A DNA stretch of 32,000 nucleotides from contig NC_010814.1 in NCBI RefSeq assembly GCF_000020385.1, forward strand, positions 2,160,001 through 2,192,000, in the 5' to 3' direction. Under the pieces are notes generated by a model. The model worked only from the letters and a program-made list of their open reading frames with translations. It did not search any database and had not been told where the DNA came from. Source of the DNA: Trichlorobacter lovleyi SZ. Its GTDB lineage: Bacteria; Desulfobacterota; Desulfuromonadia; Geobacterales; Pseudopelobacteraceae. The first letter of the stretch is position 1, and every line of letters starts with the position of its first letter. This document shows, piece by piece, positions 26,326 to 32,000 of the stretch. The position numbers were made by a program, and so were the translations under genes.

Positions 26326-27631
26326 CACCTGCCCCCCTTCTGACAATACAGTAGTTACTGCCTGTCTCCTTCTTGACCTGATCCTTCAACTGGGCGGCAG
26401 CGGTTGCAATCTCGGCAGCACTGCCGCAACTGCCGGGTGTACAGACCAGCGCAGAGATTGAGATGGAAATCAAGGGAAAGACCCGGTGCACGCCGTAACG
26501 ATCAACCCCTTCAATGGCCCCCTTGAGCCGGTCCTCAGCCGAATAAAAGTCGGGTATCAGTGCATCGACGGCATGAATGATGGCCTGGCACGCCGCTTCA
26601 GCCTTGCCGGCAGAGATGATGACCACAAAGTCATCACCTCCGATATGTCCAACAAAGGCCTGGGGTTCCTGCAGTCCATGCACGGCATCGTAGATCACCC
26701 TGCCCGCTTCCCTGATCAGATCGCTTGCTTTGATATAGCCATAGCGGTCATTGTATGACTTGAAATTATCCAGGTCCAGATAACAGACCGCAAAAGGTGT
26801 CGTACCAGCCAGGCGCTGATGTATGGCCCGTTCAATGGCAATATTACCCGGCAAACGGGTCAGCGGACTGGCGTCCAGACTGATCTGTTCCAGCTGTTTC
26901 AGGCGTGTTGCCATGCGACTGAAATCCTTGGCCAGCGTACCGATTTCATCCCCCGGCGGAATCTCCGGGTCATAATCAAATTCCCCTTCGGCAATGCGAT
27001 GGGTTGCCTTCTGCAACTTGCCGATTGATCGTGCAAAGGAGTAGATCAGCAGAACGGCGATCAGCGATGAAACCACAACACCGAATGATGCGAGAAAGAT
27101 TGAACGGCTGACGGTCCTGGTTTCCTGTTCATCAGTTGTTTTAAGCTTGTACACCAGGCTTTCCTGTTGTTCATCCCGGATCTCGGCAATGATTTTCTCA
27201 ATACGCTCTGCTGATTGTTTCATCACGGGAACAACCGCAGTGTTGCCTGCAAAGATTTTCTGGCTGGCCTGATGATAGGCCCGGTAGGAGCTCTCCAACT
27301 CCCTCAGCTTGTTTCCCTGATAAATCTGTTTGAATGAAAACAACGTATTATTAAACTGTTGCACATTTTTATCAAAGACATCCCTGAAAACCTGTTCTTT
27401 GAGAATCAGATATTTGCCCAGTGCACGTTCCTGGGCCAGAATTGCATCACGTAACCCAATGGTCATGGTGACTGCTGCCAGATCTTTACGGGCAAACTCC
27501 TCCTCCATGCGATGCATGGCATCAAGACCTGCCAAGGCATAGACAAGAGCAGCTGTCAGACAGACACCACTGACAGCAAAACTCAAAATCATTTTTTGGA
27601 CCAAGGTCAAGCGGAAGCGAAAGGGCAGCAT
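26306..27631 (-). CDS. Membrane-bound sensor nucleotide cyclase: two TM helices flanking a ~150-aa periplasmic helical domain, then HAMP, then a GGDEF domain (GGDDF variant)
   Basis: TM1 ILSFAVSGVCLTAALVYALAGL and TM2 IFLASFGVVVSSLIAVLLIYSFA. HAMP-like IGKLQKATHRIAEGEFDY...IGTLAKDFSRMATRL. GGDEF core PLTRLPGN...YLDLDNFKSYNDRYGYIKASDLI...GHIGGDDFVVI. Start taken as ATG 27631, with AAAGGAA upstream. Confidence 0.85.
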   Translation of the reverse strand: MLPFRFRLTLVQKMILSFAVSGVCLTAALVYALAGLDAMHRMEEEFARKDLAAVTMTIGLRDAILAQERALGKYLILKEQVFRDVFDKNVQQFNNTLFSFKQIYQGNKLRELESSYRAYHQASQKIFAGNTAVVPVMKQSAERIEKIIAEIRDEQQESLVYKLKTTDEQETRTVSRSIFLASFGVVVSSLIAVLLIYSFARSIGKLQKATHRIAEGEFDYDPEIPPGDEIGTLAKDFSRMATRLKQLEQISLDASPLTRLPGNIAIERAIHQRLAGTTPFAVCYLDLDNFKSYNDRYGYIKASDLIREAGRVIYDAVHGLQEPQAFVGHIGGDDFVVIISAGKAEAACQAIIHAVDALIPDFYSAEDRLKGAIEGVDRYGVHRVFPLISISISALVCTPGSCGSAAEIATAAAQLKDQVKKETGSNYCIVRRGAGDGTVLE

Positions 27632-27646
27632 CACGTCGTGGTTCCT

Positions 27647-28969
27647 TTAGCTTTCATCATGCACTGCATCAATACCCAATAATGACTGGGCCTCGCTGCT
27701 GGGCAACGCCTGTACATTTTTCAACTTGCGCTCCATCTGACGGGTACGGGTGGCAGCCGCCTCGATATGGTTGCCGGCCTCCTGCAGCTTCTTGCTGGTC
27801 TTGTCCAACATCTCGCCAAACTTGCCAAACTCGGTCCGTACCGCACCCAGCAGGTTCCAGACCTCGGCAGAACGTTTTTCAATGGCCAGGGTACGGAACC
27901 CCATCTGGAGAGAGTTGAGCAGGGCTGCCAGGGTGGTAGGGCCGGCCACCAGCACCTTTAAGTCGCGCTGCAGGGCATCAGCAAGACTGGGGCGACGCAG
28001 GACTTCAGCATACAATCCTTCCGTGGGCAGGAACATGATCCCGAAATCGGTGGTCTGGGGCGGATCAAGGTATTTGTCACGGATATCGGTTGCTGCCAAA
28101 CGGATAGCCCGTTCCAGCAGCTTGCCCGCTTCTTCGGCTGCCACTGCATCAGCCCGCTCCTGGGCCTCAACCAGCCGCAGGTAATCCTCCTGCGGAAACT
28201 TGGCATCCAGCGGCAGATGGACCACGCTGTCCCCACTACCGTCACGGCCAGGCAGCCGCAGGGCAAATTCCACCCGCTGGCCACTGCCTTTGCGGGTTTC
28301 CACATTGGCGGCATACTGCCCCGGAGCCAGTACCTGTTCCAGCAAGGCTCCCAGCTGCACCTCACCAAAGGTGCCACGGGTCTTGACATTGGTCAGCACC
28401 CGCTTCAGATCCCCTACCCCGTTGGCCAGGGTCTGCATCTCGCCCAGCCCTTTCTGGACCAGCTCCAACCGCTCACTGACCAGCTTGAATGACTCGCCCA
28501 GCCGCTTTTCAAGGGTATCATGCAGCTTTTCATCCACGGTTGCCCGCATCTGCTCCAGCTGTCTGGCATTATCCTCCTGAATGGCCTGCAACCTGATCTG
28601 CAGGGTCTCCCTCAGTTTTTCCATCCGGCTGTCATTGGTGCTGGTCAGGTTCTTGAGCTGATCGGCAAAGATATCCAACTGGCTCTTCTGCAGGCCGGCC
28701 AGCTCGCTCATCCGCTTCAGCAGACCGTCTCCCAGGGTTTGCATTGCACCGATGCTCTCCTCCCGTCCCTGTCGCCCCAGCGTCTGGGCCTCTTCCCGCC
28801 CGCGGGCCAGTTCTTCACGCAGGGTGCGCTCATTGCGTTCAAGCATCCGCTCAAGGGAGGCAAGGCGTGGTTCGAGGCTTTGCCCCCCCAGGCGGGAGAC
28901 CTTCACCAGCAGGATAACGGTGATCACCAGGAGTACACTAATCAGGGCAGGTAGTAACAGTTCAGGCAT
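27647..28969 (-). CDS. rmuC: DNA recombination protein RmuC
   Basis: N-terminal TM helix, a long coiled coil, and the RmuC domain: DFGIMFLPTEGLYAEVLRRPSL...LKVLVAGPTTLAALLNSLQMGFRTLAIEKRSAEV. I placed the start at ATG 28969 (MPELLLPAL..., AAGGAA upstream) rather than the track start at 29038. Confidence 0.9.
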   Translation of the reverse strand: MPELLLPALISVLLVITVILLVKVSRLGGQSLEPRLASLERMLERNERTLREELARGREEAQTLGRQGREESIGAMQTLGDGLLKRMSELAGLQKSQLDIFADQLKNLTSTNDSRMEKLRETLQIRLQAIQEDNARQLEQMRATVDEKLHDTLEKRLGESFKLVSERLELVQKGLGEMQTLANGVGDLKRVLTNVKTRGTFGEVQLGALLEQVLAPGQYAANVETRKGSGQRVEFALRLPGRDGSGDSVVHLPLDAKFPQEDYLRLVEAQERADAVAAEEAGKLLERAIRLAATDIRDKYLDPPQTTDFGIMFLPTEGLYAEVLRRPSLADALQRDLKVLVAGPTTLAALLNSLQMGFRTLAIEKRSAEVWNLLGAVRTEFGKFGEMLDKTSKKLQEAGNHIEAAATRTRQMERKLKNVQALPSSEAQSLLGIDAVHDES

Positions 28970-29071
28970 GGCAGCTGGTTCCTTATGGTTCTGTGATACT
29001 GCCTCAAGGTTATACCAGAGCAGACAGAGGGGTAACAAGCGGAAACCAGAATAGTTATGACAGGAGAATTC

Positions 29072-29530
29072 TCACCCGGCAGCCAATTCCGCCTGAACCA
29101 TGGCAAGCAGGGTCGGCATGGCAGCAGCAACCGCCGGCGTCAACTCGGTATCCATCTCAAGGCTGGCCGGCTGTACGCCAATCAGCACAATCTCATCCGG
29201 CAGGTGCCCCATCAAACGGGCCACCGCCAACAGATCCTTCATCCCCATCTGGTGAGGCGAAAGCTTGGTCTCCAGGGCCATCGGCACCTCATCGCCAGCC
29301 AGACGGACACAGCTGCCGGCAGGCTGCCCGATCTCAACGGCGTCCACAATAATTAGACGCTTCACCCTTTCCAAGTGGGGCAGCAGATCCAGCCCCAGGG
29401 TTCCGCCATCCAGCAGGACCACATTTTCCGACAGAGCGTCGCCCTGCTGTAACTGCTCAATTACCTTGGGGCCGATGCCGTCATCCGACATGATGGTATT
29501 GCCGAGCCCCAGTACCAATGTTGTTGTCAT
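29072..29530 (-). CDS. hyaD: [NiFe] hydrogenase maturation endopeptidase (HyaD/HybD family)
   Basis: MTTTLVLGLGNTIMSDDGIGPKVIEQL ... LLDGGTLGLDLL ... IIVDAV ... SPHQMGMKDLL. Start at ATG 29530, with AAGGAAGG upstream. Confidence 0.9.
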   Translation of the reverse strand: MTTTLVLGLGNTIMSDDGIGPKVIEQLQQGDALSENVVLLDGGTLGLDLLPHLERVKRLIIVDAVEIGQPAGSCVRLAGDEVPMALETKLSPHQMGMKDLLAVARLMGHLPDEIVLIGVQPASLEMDTELTPAVAAAMPTLLAMVQAELAAG

Positions 29531-29583
29531 AGCCTTCCTTTCAAAGCAAACGGGGTGGTCACCCACCCCGCTCTCCAACCATT

Positions 29584-30294
29584 CTATTTTTTGCTCTTCC
29601 AGGGAAAGAAATCCCAGAATCTGCTCTTGCAGACCGCATAGGGGCTGGTGGTGAACTTGTAACCACTGAACATACTGGATATTTCTCCACCTTTTTCCTT
29701 AATATCCATCAACCAGGCACTGTATACATGGTTGATCACAAAGCCGAAGATCAGATACATGGCCAGATGGTGGTAGAGATGCATCTGCTGGGTGGTCATC
29801 ATGACATAGACCGGTTTAAGCAGGCTGTGCATGGTGCCGCCCGGCGCATGCTCGGCATACATGGCAAAGCCGGTCAGGATCATGAACCAGTAGACCAGAA
29901 ACAGCACAAAATAGGCGGTGGCAGCCATGGGGTTGTGCCCTGTGGTCTCAGGTGGATGCTTGCTGCGGAAGGTGTAATAGTCAAACACCTCTTTCATCTC
30001 TGCCCTGCCGGCTGCCCCCATAAACGGAAAATACTCCCGCCAGCCGGCATAACAGTTGCCCCGGAAGGTCCAGATCATCCGGGTGATGACGCTGACAGCA
30101 AAGGCATAGGCAAAGACAAAGTGGATGAAACGGATCCAGCCCATCAGATACGCCTCTGGAGAGCTGCCGATAAAGACCGGATTGCCGATCAGGACACCGG
30201 TCCCCGCCAGCACCACAATCGAGAGCACATTGACCCAGTGGCACCAGCGGACCGGCAGTTCCCAGATATACTGTTTAAACTTCTTCTCACTCAT
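29584..30294 (-). CDS. hyaC: Ni/Fe-hydrogenase b-type cytochrome subunit
   Basis: LPVRWCHWVNVLSIVVLAGTGVLIG family N-terminus, four TM helices with conserved His residues, 236 aa, directly downstream of the large subunit gene. Confidence 0.9.
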   Translation of the reverse strand: MSEKKFKQYIWELPVRWCHWVNVLSIVVLAGTGVLIGNPVFIGSSPEAYLMGWIRFIHFVFAYAFAVSVITRMIWTFRGNCYAGWREYFPFMGAAGRAEMKEVFDYYTFRSKHPPETTGHNPMAATAYFVLFLVYWFMILTGFAMYAEHAPGGTMHSLLKPVYVMMTTQQMHLYHHLAMYLIFGFVINHVYSAWLMDIKEKGGEISSMFSGYKFTTSPYAVCKSRFWDFFPWKSKK

Positions 30295-30308
30295 GGCAGC
30301 CCCCTTTC

Positions 30309-32000
30309 CTAGGAGACCTTGACCCGCACCAGCTCATTGCCGGTGGCATCAGTAACATGCACGGCACAAGCCAGGCAGGGGTCAAAGGAGTGAATGGTGC
30401 GCAGGATCTCCAGCGGCTGGTCAGGCTTAGCAACCGGTGTCCCCACCAGGGCGGCTTCATAAGGGCCGCGCTGCCCCTTGGCATCACGGGGTGAGGCGTT
30501 CCAGGTGGAAGGCACCACAGCCTGATAGTTGTAGATTTTTTGATCCTTGATCTTGATCCAGTGTCCCAGGGCACCACGGGGGGCCTCATGCCAACCGTAG
30601 CCGGACGCCTCGGCAGGCCAGGTCTTGGGATCCCACATCTCATTGGCATGGATACGATAGTCCCCCTTGCCGATATTGGCAATCAGGGCATCCAGCCAGA
30701 CCGGTGTCTGACGGGCGATCAGCAGGGCATCAATCCCGCGGGCTGCGGTGCGTCCCAGGGTAGAGAACAGTGCTGCAGGTCCGACCCCAAGCTTGCCCAG
30801 CACCATATCAACCGCTGCCTTGCTTTCTTTGTGGCCAGCCACATAGGCAACCAGGATCCGGGCCAGGGGGCCAACCTCCATGGCTGCTTCATCATAACGG
30901 GGTGCCTTGACCCAGGAGTACTTTTTATCCGTATCCAGGAATTCATAGGGTGGCTTGGGGCCGGTGTACTTGGCCTCTGACTCACCTTTCCAGGGATGCA
31001 ATCCTTTGCCTTTTGCATCCTGATACTCATACCAGGAGTGATCAACGTACTCGGTCACCTTCTGTTGATCCAGGGGCAGCACCTTGGAAATATCCTTGTT
31101 CATGATTGCCCCAGGCGGGAACCAGAGGTTACCATTGATCGGGTCCGGGAACTCGCCATAGGAAAGAAAATTGCCCACCCCGCCACCAATGGCGGCCCAA
31201 TCCTTATAGAACGAGGCGATGGCCAGCAGGTCCGGGATATACACCTTTTCAACAAAATCCTGGGCCTTGGCCAAAAGGCGCTTGATGGTGATCAACCTGT
31301 CGGCATTCAGGGCGTTCTGGGAATCAGGATCCACCGGGATCGACATCCCACCCACCAGGAAGGTCTGGGGATGGGGATTCTTGCTACCCAGGATGGCGTG
31401 AATCTTGATGACCTCTTTCTGCCATTCCAGAGCTTCAAGATAGTGGGCCGTTGCCATCAGGTTTGCCTCAGGCGGCAGTTTGTAGGCAGGATGCCCCCAG
31501 TAGGCATTGGCAAATGGGCCAAGCCGACCGGTTCCCACAAAGGCATTCAGCTTTTCCTGTACTGCCTTGAAGTGAGTGGCCGAATTGTTGGGCCAGTCAG
31601 AGATGGAGGCAGCCAGACTGGCGGTCTTGACCGGATCAGCCTTGAGGGCCGAGGTGATATCCACCCAGTCCAGTGCATGCAGATGGTAGAAATGGATCAC
31701 ATGATCCTGCACCCCCTGGATGCCGATGATGATGTTACGAATCAGCTGGGCATTGGGAGGAATCTTGATCTTGAGAGCATCCTCAACCGCCCGGATCGAG
31801 GCGATGGAGTGAACCGTGGTGCAAACCCCGCAGAAACGCTGGGTCCAGTACCAGGCATCACGGGGATCACGGCCTTTCAGGATTTTCTCGATGCCGCGAA
31901 ACATGGTACTGGAGCTCCAGGCATCCTTGATCTTGCCATCCTCAATCTCGGCCTCGATGCGCAGATGCCCTTCTATTCTGGTAATTGGATCAACGACTAT
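30309..32000 (-). CDS. hyaB: Group 1 (uptake) [NiFe] hydrogenase large subunit; the 5' end lies beyond the right window edge
   Basis: The frame stays open upstream of the track Met to base 32000: IVVDPITRIEGHLRIEAEIEDGKIKDAWSSSTMFRGIE... N-terminal RFCGVCTTVH Ni-Fe ligand motif; C-terminal DPCLACAVH followed by a 15-residue tail removed by the HyaD-type protease. The gene order large subunit, cytochrome b, protease is Hya-like. Confidence 0.95.
   Translation of the reverse strand: MVVDPITRIEGHLRIEAEIEDGKIKDAWSSSTMFRGIEKILKGRDPRDAWYWTQRFCGVCTTVHSIASIRAVEDALKIKIPPNAQLIRNIIIGIQGVQDHVIHFYHLHALDWVDITSALKADPVKTASLAASISDWPNNSATHFKAVQEKLNAFVGTGRLGPFANAYWGHPAYKLPPEANLMATAHYLEALEWQKEVIKIHAILGSKNPHPQTFLVGGMSIPVDPDSQNALNADRLITIKRLLAKAQDFVEKVYIPDLLAIASFYKDWAAIGGGVGNFLSYGEFPDPINGNLWFPPGAIMNKDISKVLPLDQQKVTEYVDHSWYEYQDAKGKGLHPWKGESEAKYTGPKPPYEFLDTDKKYSWVKAPRYDEAAMEVGPLARILVAYVAGHKESKAAVDMVLGKLGVGPAALFSTLGRTAARGIDALLIARQTPVWLDALIANIGKGDYRIHANEMWDPKTWPAEASGYGWHEAPRGALGHWIKIKDQKIYNYQAVVPSTWNASPRDAKGQRGPYEAALVGTPVAKPDQPLEILRTIHSFDPCLACAVHVTDATGNELVRVKVS

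Noticed and set aside
1-32000. A search for CRISPR arrays, IS elements or transposases, rRNA, riboswitch-like GEMM motifs and long direct or inverted repeats.
   Set aside because: I found none on reading the intergenic regions on both strands. The only repeated structures are the three terminator hairpins, the DnaA boxes and the protein-level paralogy of the two metallophosphoesterase genes. This visual scan cannot exclude short or degenerate elements inside coding regions.

Overview
This window looks like an ordinary chromosomal stretch from a Geobacter/Desulfuromonas-like deltaproteobacterium. The lineage call is an inference from gene content: a short-form citramalate synthase, many HD-GYP/GGDEF genes and a Hya-type [NiFe] hydrogenase. 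I support 30 protein-coding genes, 28 of them on the minus strand, plus one tRNA-Pro(GGG) and three clear rho-independent terminators.

Gene order from left to right:
- two tandem Tat-signal metallophosphoesterase lipoprotein paralogs; the first is cut by the window edge and is missing from the ORF track
- an HDOD protein
- a tightly coupled seven-gene string: rph, rdgB, a DppB/DppC-type ABC permease pair, and three genes of unknown or generic function
- an unlisted 51-aa zinc-ribbon ORF, then comEA and cimA
- a HEAT-repeat protein coupled by an ATGA overlap to an HD-GYP protein
- malQ (+)
- a MoxR / DUF58 / TgpA-like transglutaminase operon
- tRNA-Pro, a GAF-HD-GYP protein, and mazG (+)
- a 284-bp AT-rich spacer
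- ogt, murJ, a CarF/TMEM189-family desaturase homolog, a lipoprotein, a membrane HAMP-GGDEF cyclase and rmuC
- the distal part of a Hya-type uptake hydrogenase operon: large subunit (5' end outside the window), cytochrome b and maturation protease

I found no CRISPR array, transposase, integrase or rRNA.

The observations most worth follow-up:
1. A triad of consensus DnaA boxes sits in the AT-rich spacer between convergent genes.
2. The GGDEF cyclase has a GGDDF active site, no RxxD I-site, and Ser at the base-specificity position. This resembles the Hypr (cGAMP-synthase) signature.
3. The HEAT-repeat and HD-GYP proteins share a homologous N-terminal module.
4. The ABC permease pair has no adjacent ATPase or binding-protein gene. 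It is fused into the rph-rdgB operon, with a Cys/His-tailed small protein downstream.

All functional calls rest on motif recognition by eye. No database search or HMM was run.
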